44,036 bases of DNA. It comes from a virus (Duplodnaviria > Caudoviricetes). Positions 36,263 through 44,036 of this stretch are shown here, one piece after another (positions within the stretch are counted from its first letter, which is position 1; each line of letters starts with the position of its first letter). A program made the position numbers and the translations under genes. The stretch spans positions 1 to 44,036 of the IMG/VR virus record IMGVR_UViG_3300049143_000040; one strand, given 5' to 3'. The notes beneath the pieces are model-generated. The model was not told where the DNA came from, ran no database searches, and was given only the letters and a program-made list of their open reading frames with translations.

Positions 36263-36513
36263 CAGCACAAGCTACTACAATTGAACCGGTTTTTGAAGAG
36301 TCTTCAGCAGAACCGCCGCCATCCCGAGTGACGCCTCTCGATCTAGAGGCCCCTTTAGCAGAAGCACTTTCATTAGTGATCGCACTGATTGCAGTTCACG
36401 AAAGTGCTCAGCCCAATCGTGATACGGTTAGTTTCTTGGCCTACGAAGCCAAGGACCGGCTGGTAGATCTCACAGCGCAATGGACGACGCTCTATGAGGC
36501 CACACGGCACTAA
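36256..36513 (+). CDS. small hypothetical protein
   Basis: Open frame; start at 36247 or 36256. Confidence 0.55.
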   Translation: MASAQATTIEPVFEESSAEPPPSRVTPLDLEAPLAEALSLVIALIAVHESAQPNRDTVSFLAYEAKDRLVDLTAQWTTLYEATRH

Positions 36514-36575
36514 ACTTCCACTCTTATGTCGACCGAACGGGCTCGCTTCGGCGGGCCTATTTCTATGGAGCCCCC

Positions 36576-36908
36576 ATGGCCAATACAGCTCCTTATGAGG
36601 TGAACGTCACCGGGACGGATGATGAAACGTTCGTCATTGCTATTCCCTTCGAGAATGCAGACGGGACGGTCTTCCCCTTTGACCAGTATGAGATCGAGTA
36701 CTCGCTAACCCGTGGCGGTAGCCGGCGCCTGTTCCTTACCCAGAGCAATGGCATCACGATCGACGACGGTACCGTCCTCTTCAGTGCTGGCGAGCCTATC
36801 CATCGCGGCCAGTATGAGCACGGCTGCCGCATTCGCAGGATCACGACCGGGCAACTCACTCAGATCTTCGACGGCACCGTGACCATCGGCGAGGGCAACT
36901 TCCAATGA
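36576..36908 (+). CDS. tail fibre adaptor-like protein
   Basis: Beta-rich, GGAG RBS, coupled to the fibre gene. Confidence 0.6.
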   Translation: MANTAPYEVNVTGTDDETFVIAIPFENADGTVFPFDQYEIEYSLTRGGSRRLFLTQSNGITIDDGTVLFSAGEPIHRGQYEHGCRIRRITTGQLTQIFDGTVTIGEGNFQ

Positions 36909-38128
36909 GAGTTCAGATCAGGCCTCGCGGCCCATCATCCGTCAAACTGAAGTTCATGCCTGGGCTCCCCGGTCCGCAAGGCATCCAGGGCATTCAAGGA
37001 AGCCTCTGGTATTCGGGTTCTGGTGTTCCCAGTGCCGCCGCGCACCGTGTGGGCGATTGGTATCTGAATGTTGCCAATGGCGATGTCTATGAGAAGACAG
37101 GTGAGGCCACGTGGACCGTGCGGGATAACCTGACTGGCCCACAGGGCTTACAGGGCATTCAAGGCATCCAAGGCCTGAAGGGTGACCAAGGCATCCAGGG
37201 TATCCAAGGCATTCAAGGTGTCCAGGGTGACAAAGGGTGGTCCCCCATTCTCGCGGTGGTCACAGACGGAACGCGGCGCGTTCTTCAGGTCATTGACTGG
37301 ACCGGGGGCGCGGGCACGAAGCCAGCGACTGGGAGCTATATCGGCCCGACCGGCTTGGTGGCTTCCATCGCCAGCGCTGTTGACATCCGCGGCCCAGCCG
37401 GTCCAACAGCCAGCGCTAACAGCATCGATAACACGATGCTGGCCGATATGGCCGTCAACACGATCAAGGGACGTGTAACGGCGGGAACAGGCGATCCGGA
37501 AGACCTTACCGGTGCGCAAGCGGCTGGCATCATGCCGGTGGTCCGCTATGACGTGGCTCAATCGTTGTCTGCCACACAGCAAAAGCAGGCGCGCGACAAC
37601 CTCGGGCTGAAATGGAGGCCAATCCATGAAATCATCGTCGATGCAGTTAATTTGGCGGAAGCGATTGTCTCCATTCCAGCGGATGTAGATATCCTCCGCG
37701 TGTCAGGTGCCATTTTCGCGACGAACAATGCGGCCAACGACCTCGCCGCCCGCATCAGCCTCGACAATGGGGCATCGTTCCCCTTTGCCGCCGACGACTA
37801 TCTGTCTGGCCTCTTGGTGAATATCGGTACAACCGTTTCAGCGTCTGGGAACACCCCAATAAGTTACATGCGCCTGTCCGGGAGCCATCTAATCACAGGA
37901 GCCGTGCCACTGTTCGTCTCTGCACTTATAATGCCCGGGTCACCCTCTCATCAGCCATCATTCTTCTCGCAAAGTGCTGCCTACAATTTTGGCGGCGCAA
38001 GTGGCTACGTAAATGGGATGTTCAACGGCTTCTACCGAACAACGGGACGCGCAACGCATTTGAAGTTTCTACTGTCCGCAGGCGCAGCATTCGGGTCGAA
38101 AACGCGCATCTTGATCGAGGGACGATAA
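36905..38128 (+). CDS. tail fibre with collagen-like G-X-Y repeats
   Basis: GPQGIQGIQG repeats, GDWYLN...GDVY, TIKGR..AGTGDPEDLT, Q.LS..QQ.QAR.N. Confidence 0.8.
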   Translation: MRVQIRPRGPSSVKLKFMPGLPGPQGIQGIQGSLWYSGSGVPSAAAHRVGDWYLNVANGDVYEKTGEATWTVRDNLTGPQGLQGIQGIQGLKGDQGIQGIQGIQGVQGDKGWSPILAVVTDGTRRVLQVIDWTGGAGTKPATGSYIGPTGLVASIASAVDIRGPAGPTASANSIDNTMLADMAVNTIKGRVTAGTGDPEDLTGAQAAGIMPVVRYDVAQSLSATQQKQARDNLGLKWRPIHEIIVDAVNLAEAIVSIPADVDILRVSGAIFATNNAANDLAARISLDNGASFPFAADDYLSGLLVNIGTTVSASGNTPISYMRLSGSHLITGAVPLFVSALIMPGSPSHQPSFFSQSAAYNFGGASGYVNGMFNGFYRTTGRATHLKFLLSAGAAFGSKTRILIEGR

Positions 38129-38130
38129 CA

Positions 38131-38445
38131 ATGGCTAAGGTGTTCGTGTGGCAGGATGGCGAGATCGTGGAGGTGGATGAAAGCACTCTCGACCCGATTG
38201 CGCCTGCCCCGCTGCCAACCATCTCGGCCCGGGTTTATAAGGCTCCAATGTTCCGTCGCATGACCGATGAGGAATATGAGCGGTACCTACAAATTAGGAC
38301 TGGTTTTCCGCCGCGGCTGCAGGCGATCTTCGATGCTGCGGAATACTTGTCACCGGATGATGAGTTCTGGCCGGATCTGATGGCTGCCGCCGAGCAGGTT
38401 TATGGGACAGAGCGAGCCGCTGAGTTGCTGGCGCCCACTGCCTAG
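38131..38445 (+). CDS. tail fibre assembly/associated protein
   Basis: Position after the fibre; RMTDEE...ERAAELLAP. Confidence 0.65.
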   Translation: MAKVFVWQDGEIVEVDESTLDPIAPAPLPTISARVYKAPMFRRMTDEEYERYLQIRTGFPPRLQAIFDAAEYLSPDDEFWPDLMAAAEQVYGTERAAELLAPTA

Positions 38446-39245
38446 CCGAGGCGTGTGAAAACAACGTTGATGTATTCCCCCTCCTGAATTCGGTCAGTCA
38501 CCTCAAAGCCGGTCCGCTCGGCCAAGATGTCGGGCGATCTGCCCATCAGGAAAAGCGTGTGAAACCTGGTGAAGGCGTATCGATATTCATAGCAGGGCGA
38601 AGAGTGAGCCATCCGCGCCTTCGGTTTCAGGAGCGTATGAAAATCGCGAAACTGTGAAACTGGATCGCGGAAGTGTTCAATTACGTTGTTGGAGAAGATG
38701 CCGTCGAAAATAGCCGATATGGAAGCGCGTTCTTTGACAACGAACTGGCCGTCCGTTTCGGCGCTGGGTTCATAGCCCCACACATCGAACCCTTCTCCGC
38801 GCAGTTGCGAGATGGTCTGACTCCAGACGCCTCCGCACCCCCAATCGAGATAAAGTCCGTCTCGCTCGGGTCTCAGAGACCGGAAGGTTCTCGTTTCATT
38901 GGGCGTGGAGTCGCTCTCTGAATAGCGAGTATACAAAAGCTGATAATCGAGATCGACGAAGGCTTCGTCCAGATCGAGATACTTCTGGGCGCCAAAGACG
39001 CACTCGCATTGGGGGCATCTATAGCGCTCCAACTCGCCGCCGCCGAACTGGCAACGGTCTGTCCGCACCTCAAAGCCGTTCCGCTTGTCCGTGTAGTCGC
39101 ACACGATGCAGCGTAGATCGCGCGTCGGCAGGCTGGCTTGATAAGCGCGATCAAGGGCCTGCCAGAACGCTTTGACGGAATACGCCTCATTCAGCAGGAT
39201 CTGCTTTTCAATTCGCTCAAGGCGCTTGTTTAGATCGTCGGTCAT
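38442..39245 (-). CDS. class I SAM-dependent methyltransferase with Zn ribbon (moron)
   Basis: LDWGCGG motif I, GYEP, FDGIFSNNVIEHFRDP; CIVC...CPQC. Confidence 0.85.
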   Translation of the reverse strand: MTDDLNKRLERIEKQILLNEAYSVKAFWQALDRAYQASLPTRDLRCIVCDYTDKRNGFEVRTDRCQFGGGELERYRCPQCECVFGAQKYLDLDEAFVDLDYQLLYTRYSESDSTPNETRTFRSLRPERDGLYLDWGCGGVWSQTISQLRGEGFDVWGYEPSAETDGQFVVKERASISAIFDGIFSNNVIEHFRDPVSQFRDFHTLLKPKARMAHSSPCYEYRYAFTRFHTLFLMGRSPDILAERTGFEVTDRIQEGEYINVVFTRLG

Positions 39246-39319
39246 GCCCCCCTTCTACTTGAGGAGCGTGGCCTCTGCCAAGGCGCACCCTGCCGCATTT
39301 TGCACCTCACGAGGACATC

Positions 39320-40066
39320 ATGACCACCGAGACATCGGGGGGCGCTTTGTCGCGTCCACAGAACCAAGTTGATTACGACGTTGCCCTGGAGATCGCCTCC
39401 CATGAGGCCATTATCCGCCAGGCCTACAAGGACAGCGTAGGGAAGTGGACATGGAGCGTCGGCCTGACCTCGGCCACGGGCCACGACGTCGAGCGATACA
39501 TCGGCAAGCCTCAGACCCTGGAGAAGTGCCTCGCTGTCTATGCCTGGGCGCTCGAAAACTATGCGGAGGAAGTCAGGGCGGCCTTCGCCGAGCACAGCCT
39601 GACCAAGGTACAGTTCGCGGGGGCTCTGTCCTTCCATTGGAACACAGGCGCGATCAGGCGAGCCTCTTGGGTCAAGCTCTGGAAGGCAGGGGATATCGCA
39701 GGCGCCCGCAAGGCCTTCATGGAGTGGAGCAAGCCCGCCGAGATCATCCCACGCCGACAGAAGGAGCGCGATCTCTTCTTCGATGGCAAGTGGTCCAACG
39801 ACGGCACCATGATCGAATATACCCGCCTGACCTCCAAGAGCACTCCGGTCTGGTCGAGCGCCAAGCGCATCAACGTGGAGAAGGAACTACGGGCCGCATT
39901 CGCTTTACCCCCGGCTCCTGCACCTGTGCCAGATCCGGCACCGCTACCGCCACCTCCCGACATCGAACCTACTCCGGTTCCCGTCTCCCAGCCCGCCACT
40001 TCAGGCGGGTTTTTCTATGCCTCGGCCAAACGCCTCCTCGAGGCCCTCTTCGGAAGGAAAGCCTGA
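39320..40066 (+). CDS. endolysin, GH24 lysozyme
   Basis: HEA....YKDSVG.WTW.VG.T; QF.GALSF.WN.G; RRQKE..LF; Pro-rich tail. Confidence 0.9.
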   Translation: MTTETSGGALSRPQNQVDYDVALEIASHEAIIRQAYKDSVGKWTWSVGLTSATGHDVERYIGKPQTLEKCLAVYAWALENYAEEVRAAFAEHSLTKVQFAGALSFHWNTGAIRRASWVKLWKAGDIAGARKAFMEWSKPAEIIPRRQKERDLFFDGKWSNDGTMIEYTRLTSKSTPVWSSAKRINVEKELRAAFALPPAPAPVPDPAPLPPPPDIEPTPVPVSQPATSGGFFYASAKRLLEALFGRKA

Positions 40067-40617
40067 TGCCGCCTATCATCGGATTGCTGCTCCAATACGC
40101 CCCGGACCTGATCGGCATGTTTGCCGGCGACAAGACCGGCGCCGCGGCCGGGAAGGTCGCGGATGCCGCCAAGGTCATCTTCGGCACCGACGATCCGAAG
40201 GCGGCGCAAGCCCAGATCGAAACGGACCCGAAGCTTGCCGGGGTCTTTGTCGAGCAGGCCAGGACGGCGCTTGAGGTCTTCCGCCTGGAGATCCAAGACA
40301 TTCAGGACGCCCGGGCGCAGACCCTTGCCCTGAACAACAGTGGCTCGGTCATGGCCTGGGGCGCGGCGATCGTGTCGGTTCTCGTCACCATCATGTTCGG
40401 TGGGGCGCTGTACTTCGTCTTGGCTCGATCAATCTCCTTTGATGAGCGGCAAGCCACGATCGCTAACATCCTCCTCGGCGTCCTCGGCGCCGCTCAGATG
40501 CAGGTCATCAACTATTGGCTCGGCAGCTCGTCGGGTTCCAAGCGGTCGGGTGATGCCGTGAGGACCATTGCCGAGCGGGCGATTTCTGAGACGGTCACGC
40601 ATCGGGCGGGGTCGTAA
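40066..40617 (+). CDS. holin-like membrane protein
   Basis: DIQDAR motif, two TM helices, V.NYWLGSS.GS. Confidence 0.7.
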   Translation: MPPIIGLLLQYAPDLIGMFAGDKTGAAAGKVADAAKVIFGTDDPKAAQAQIETDPKLAGVFVEQARTALEVFRLEIQDIQDARAQTLALNNSGSVMAWGAAIVSVLVTIMFGGALYFVLARSISFDERQATIANILLGVLGAAQMQVINYWLGSSSGSKRSGDAVRTIAERAISETVTHRAGS

Positions 40618-40619
40618 GC

Positions 40620-40976
40620 ATGCAACTCAGTTGGGACATCAACCTCGCAAGCCTGTTCACGATTACAGTGGCCGCTCTGGGTTTCGCTCGGTACTGCATC
40701 CAGAACGAGCAGAAGGCGAACGCTGCCGAGAAGAGGGCCGCGGAAGCCGAAGCGCAGGCGCGGCTTGCCCACGAGAAGATCGCCCTGCTTCAGGCCTCCA
40801 TCAACGCCCGGGAGATCACACAAGCTGAACGCCTTGTCTCTCGCGATGTGCTGCGGGAGGTCGAAGAGCGCCTCTCAAGGTCGATCGACCAGCTCGGCCA
40901 CCGTTTTGAAGGCCTTGGCGAGAAGCTGGATGGCTTCGTCAAGGAACTGATCAGCCACCGGAAGGGGAGCGGGTAG
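40620..40976 (+). CDS. TM + coiled-coil lysis-module protein
   Basis: N-terminal TM followed by a coiled coil. Confidence 0.6.
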   Translation: MQLSWDINLASLFTITVAALGFARYCIQNEQKANAAEKRAAEAEAQARLAHEKIALLQASINAREITQAERLVSRDVLREVEERLSRSIDQLGHRFEGLGEKLDGFVKELISHRKGSG

Positions 40977-40977
40977 C

Positions 40978-41271
40978 TTACCGGCCCTGTCCATAGTGCC
41001 GGTGCCAAGCGCTTTCGCTCCAATCCGGCATGGTCGAGATCCGGCGCCCGCCGCATGAGGAGCATCGGAGCTTCAGAGCCACGTCAGGAACTGGCATATC
41101 GCCAGGGAAGCCATCGGCATCGAACAATGCTTCGTGTCCGCATCCGGGGCTGTTGCACGTCGCCAGAAGAGACCGGACGCCTTGCCCCCTCATATTGGTA
41201 AGGGTCATAGGCGGGATCTCGCTTCCATCCTCATTGTAGGCACGGCGGGGATTGCGGGGTGGCTTTGACAT
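40978..41271 (-). CDS. small Zn-ribbon protein, LexA boxes upstream
   Basis: MTL.NMR..GVRSL...C....CGH.....VPD....RCSSCG......PDW. Confidence 0.75.
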   Translation of the reverse strand: MSKPPRNPRRAYNEDGSEIPPMTLTNMRGQGVRSLLATCNSPGCGHEALFDADGFPGDMPVPDVALKLRCSSCGGRRISTMPDWSESAWHRHYGQGR

Positions 41272-41286
41272 GAATCAATCCCACTA

Positions 41287-41382
41287 GAACGAAGCGGGAA
41301 CATGCCTTGAGAAGATAAAGGGCTCCAATGCCGCTCACGAATTTGTCCCCATATTACACAGGACCATGAACTTAACGGGAAC
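41287..41382. promoter_or_regulatory. two LexA boxes
   Basis: GAACGAAGCGGGAAC (41287-41301) and GAACTTAACGGGAAC (41368-41382). Confidence 0.75.
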
Positions 41383-41582
41383 ATTGAGCCGGGTTCGTTC
41401 ACGTTAATCGCATTAGAAGCCCGCTGGCGGCTAAAAGCTGGCGTAGGCTGTTGGGTACAAACTGTACCACTTTTGGCCCTGAGGGGGCCTTTAAACGCAA
41501 AACTCGGCCCATCTGCTTGACTGGGATGGCTCGGCTGTGAGATTATGAATATGTGGAGCTGAAGAGATTCGGTTCCTGATAC

Positions 41583-41666
41583 GAAAAAAGCCGGGGTTAG
41601 CGGCCCCGGCCTTCGTATCCAACCGCAATAGCCCTGAGAAAGCTTGCGGAAGTTGGTATTGAGTAC
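41583..41666 (-). ncRNA. predicted counter-transcribed RNA in the leader of the HTH-TIR operon
   Basis: Minus-strand TTGACA (41701-41696)-17-CATACA; terminator GCCGGGG/CCCCGGC (41590-41610) with U6 on the minus strand. Confidence 0.55.
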
Positions 41667-41735
41667 ACGTGCTGTATGGCACGAATGCCCTCTTTTGTCA
41701 AGCTCTCTCAGGTTCCATTTAACGGAGACCTAGAC

Positions 41736-41945
41736 TTGACAGCACTTCCAAAACACCACCGCGCACCGTCCCACCACCTCACGTTTGAGGAGGCTGTTGA
41801 TGTGCACATGCGCCTTGCCGCCCGCGAGATCTACTCGCGGATTGCCGCTCGCTATGACGTCAACCAGGGCCGCATCGCCGACGTGAAGTTCGGCCGCCTT
41901 CACCCGGGTAGTTACGAAGAAGCCCAGCGCCGGATGGGCAAGTAA
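41736..41945 (+). CDS. small HTH-like protein
   Basis: LTFEEAVDV...YSRIAARYDVNQGRIADVK; TTG at 41736 has a GGAG RBS (the ORF track starts at 41676). Confidence 0.7.
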   Translation: MTALPKHHRAPSHHLTFEEAVDVHMRLAAREIYSRIAARYDVNQGRIADVKFGRLHPGSYEEAQRRMGK

Positions 41946-41946
41946 C

Positions 41947-42660
41947 ATGGCCAGATGCACAGCACCAGTAAATGGCCACCGCTCATCGAGCGCTGCCGCG
42001 GCCTGCCCTGCATGTGGTGGTGGCCGCTTTCGCAGCTCCGGCGGCTACAGTGGCAACTACGGCTATAGGTCGAGCTCGTACCCGTCTTACTCTTCGTCGG
42101 GGAGCAGTGCGGGCGGCGGAAGCAGCGGCGGCGGATCCGGCCGCAGCGTAAGGCCGCACTGGTCGCGAGTCAGTTCGCCCGTGTTGTACACGTCTGCCGA
42201 GGTGAGGGCACTCACGCCGATCCGTGAAAGTGTCGAAAGACTAGCGCCTCTGGACCGTCGGGACGTCTTCCTCTGCCATGCATGGGACGATCGGCAAGGG
42301 GCTGCCAAGGAGTTGCACGATCTGCTTGAGGGGCTTGGTGTCAAGGTCTGGTTCAGCGAGAAGGACGTTGGCCTCGGCGTGCCCTTGCTCCGGGCCATCG
42401 ACAAGGGCTTGGCGAACTCACGGATCGGGATCGTGCTGGTGACCCCTGCGCTGCTGGGCCGCCTCCCAAAAGAAGGCATCGCCGACAAAGAACTTTCGGC
42501 ACTGCTCGCGGGTGAGCGGCTCGTTCCCATCGTGCACGACACGACGTATGAAGCGCTCCGCGACGTGAGCCCTCTGCTAGCCTCGCGGAGTGGCCTGAGC
42601 ACCGCAGAAGAGCCAATGGCAAAGGTAGCCGCCAAACTTGCTGAGTTGGTCGCCATCTAG
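41947..42660 (+). CDS. TIR-domain protein with N-terminal Cys/His motif and Gly/Ser linker
   Basis: DVFLCHAWDD..A.EL...L..GVKVWF, IDKGL..SR.GIVL.TP, putative catalytic Glu in DKEL. Confidence 0.9.
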   Translation: MARCTAPVNGHRSSSAAAACPACGGGRFRSSGGYSGNYGYRSSSYPSYSSSGSSAGGGSSGGGSGRSVRPHWSRVSSPVLYTSAEVRALTPIRESVERLAPLDRRDVFLCHAWDDRQGAAKELHDLLEGLGVKVWFSEKDVGLGVPLLRAIDKGLANSRIGIVLVTPALLGRLPKEGIADKELSALLAGERLVPIVHDTTYEALRDVSPLLASRSGLSTAEEPMAKVAAKLAELVAI

Positions 42661-42668
42661 CTCTCTTG

Positions 42669-42705
42669 CAGGGGCGGCGCTCACCGTGCCGCCGCCCCTG
42701 TCTTC
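42669..42705 (+). terminator. hairpin after the TIR gene
   Basis: CAGGGGCGGC...GCCGCCCCTG then TCTT. Confidence 0.55.
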
Positions 42706-42789
42706 TGCACCCCGCACTTAGTGCGCTCCCTGTCCAGGAGCGCATACTTCCCTATCCCTCTGGAAGAGAAGAGGGAGCGGTAGAGCGCC

Positions 42790-42936
42790 CTAGCGCTTTT
42801 CTTGGCTGGCCGATTGCGCAGGCTCGGATGGAAGCAGCTTCGCAACTTGGCCAAATATCAGCCCGATCACCAACCCCATGACAATGACTATGGGCAATTC
42901 ATGCCAAGGGCGTCCTGTGAACATTGGTTGTCTCAT
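42790..42936 (-). CDS. 48-aa single-TM protein
   Basis: MRQPMFTGRPWHELPIVIVMGLVIGLIFGQVAKLL...; GAGGAGG RBS; absent from the ORF track. Confidence 0.7.
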   Translation of the reverse strand: MRQPMFTGRPWHELPIVIVMGLVIGLIFGQVAKLLPSEPAQSASQEKR

Positions 42937-43028
42937 CCTCCTCTCACACCATAGCGGCTAGATCGCAGCGGCCTCAAGGCATCCTTCCTTGGAAGAGAAG
43001 AGGGAGGGATAACTGTCCGTCAGTCATC

Positions 43029-43343
43029 TCAGGCCTCCTCGGGAAGCCCAGCTTCAGTCTCAGGTAACCCGCTCGGTCGCCTGGGGAGGGCGGCTTCAAT
43101 CATCGCCTCCCACACATCCTTGATTTCGCCCGAGGTCAGCTTGTGGGAGGAGCCGTCCGCCAGGATCGTTCGGCTCATGCCTAAGCCTGCACTGACCATC
43201 TCCTTTGTGGGGGAGTGCATTGCCTTCATCGCGATATCTGCGAGATGCACGTACTTCGCCTGCAAGTTTTTCCGGGTGACTGGCAGGCCCGTATCTGCTG
43301 CCTGAAGGGCCCTTGCCACCTTCTCAGATAGATCCATCCCCAT
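43029..43343 (-). CDS. phage hypothetical protein
   Basis: EKVARAL...PTKEMVSAG...WEAMIEAAL; GAGGAGG RBS. Confidence 0.75.
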   Translation of the reverse strand: MGMDLSEKVARALQAADTGLPVTRKNLQAKYVHLADIAMKAMHSPTKEMVSAGLGMSRTILADGSSHKLTSGEIKDVWEAMIEAALPRRPSGLPETEAGLPEEA

Positions 43344-43480
43344 CCTCCTCTCCTACCATAGCGTCTAGGTAAGCCGGAGGGCTACACGACTCATCCGACT
43401 CGGCTTTCCCAGCGTGGCTGAATCAATCTCGGCCATAGCTACGGCCACTCGGATTAGCATGGGGAACAGAGGGGAAATCA

Positions 43481-43526
43481 GCGTGTCTAAAACGTGCCGT
43501 AATAGGCGCGTGTTCTTGCAGCGTTC
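43481..43526. promoter_or_regulatory. arm-type site and GTTC-N7-GTTC motif
   Basis: GCGTGTCTAAAACGTGCC (43481-43498); GTTCTTGCAGCGTTC (43512-43526). Confidence 0.6.
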
Positions 43527-43590
43527 TGCATCGATATGAGGCGATGCGATATCGAACCTGCGGCCCAAAACCCTTGTATTTCAAAGGATT

Positions 43591-43669
<79 letters not shown>

Positions 43670-43735
43670 GCGCCAACGGGGAGGGCCGCTTACTGCCACA
43701 GGGCAGCCCTCCATGCAAGCTTGAAAATGATCTTC

Positions 43736-44036
43736 TTATTCGGCTGCCTGGACTTTCGGCTCCAGGGGGAGCCTGAGCGCCGTCCAGACCTCGACCAAGG
43801 CGGCGGCCAGGGCATCGATATGGGCGTTGGAGTGGAACGGGCCAGGGGTGATGCGCAGGCGCTCGGTGCCGCGGGGCACGGTGGGGTAGTTGATCGGCTG
43901 GATGTAGATGCCGTGCTTCTCCAGGAGCCGGTCCGAGGCCGCCTTGCAGGCTTCCGCATCGCCCACCATCACCGGTACGATATGGGTGACCGTATCGAGG
44001 ACAGGCAGGCCGACGCCGGTCAGGACCGCCTTGGTG
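43736..44036 (-). CDS. hemA: 5-aminolevulinate synthase, C-terminal part (host gene)
   Basis: THIVPVMVGDA..C...SD.LL..HGIYIQPINYPTVPRGTERLRITP.P.H. Confidence 0.92.
   Translation of the reverse strand, partial: TKAVLTGVGLPVLDTVTHIVPVMVGDAEACKAASDRLLEKHGIYIQPINYPTVPRGTERLRITPGPFHSNAHIDALAAALVEVWTALRLPLEPKVQAAE

Noticed and set aside
36905-38445. diversity-generating retroelement or invertible tail fibre
   Set aside because: No reverse transcriptase, template/variable repeat pair, invertase or alternative tip found.
39445-40617. 390-aa ORF
   Set aside because: The upstream part is an alternative frame of the endolysin; the real gene starts at the coupled ATG 40066.
41378-41405. EcfG-type promoter GGAAC...CGTT
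   Set aside because: Spacing is 13 or 19 nt rather than about 16-17, and the GAAC is explained by the LexA box.

Overview
Most of the window is one apparently complete ~39.6 kb temperate prophage (4063-43642). It is integrated at the 3' end of a tRNA-Thr(GGT) gene next to hemA, with a 52-bp att core duplicated at both ends. The host is an alphaproteobacterium, probably Hyphomicrobiales, judged from hemA and the GTTC-N7-GTTC LexA boxes. The phage has a P22-like podovirus layout: int/xis, early left genes, a lambda-like cI/cro switch with 17-bp operators, RusA, a PD-(D/E)XK nuclease, an SSB-like gene, a primase-polymerase/AAA helicase followed by an iteron origin, a NusG-paralog antiterminator, terminase, portal, scaffold, major capsid, an HNH endonuclease, tail and ejection proteins, an immI-like (mnt/arc/ant) module, a collagen-like tail fibre, a methyltransferase moron, lysis genes and an accessory right end with an HTH + TIR operon. 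Bases 1-4062 look like the equivalent end of a second, related element integrated in tandem at the same tRNA. The most unusual signals are: (i) three backward-facing promoter plus terminator units predicting short antisense RNAs, one over the leader of the HTH-TIR operon; (ii) a four-operator immI-like switch; (iii) two small Zn-ribbon genes, each behind LexA boxes; (iv) repeat-delimited cargo cassettes at the att-proximal ends of both elements. All calls come from reading the sequence; no searches were run.
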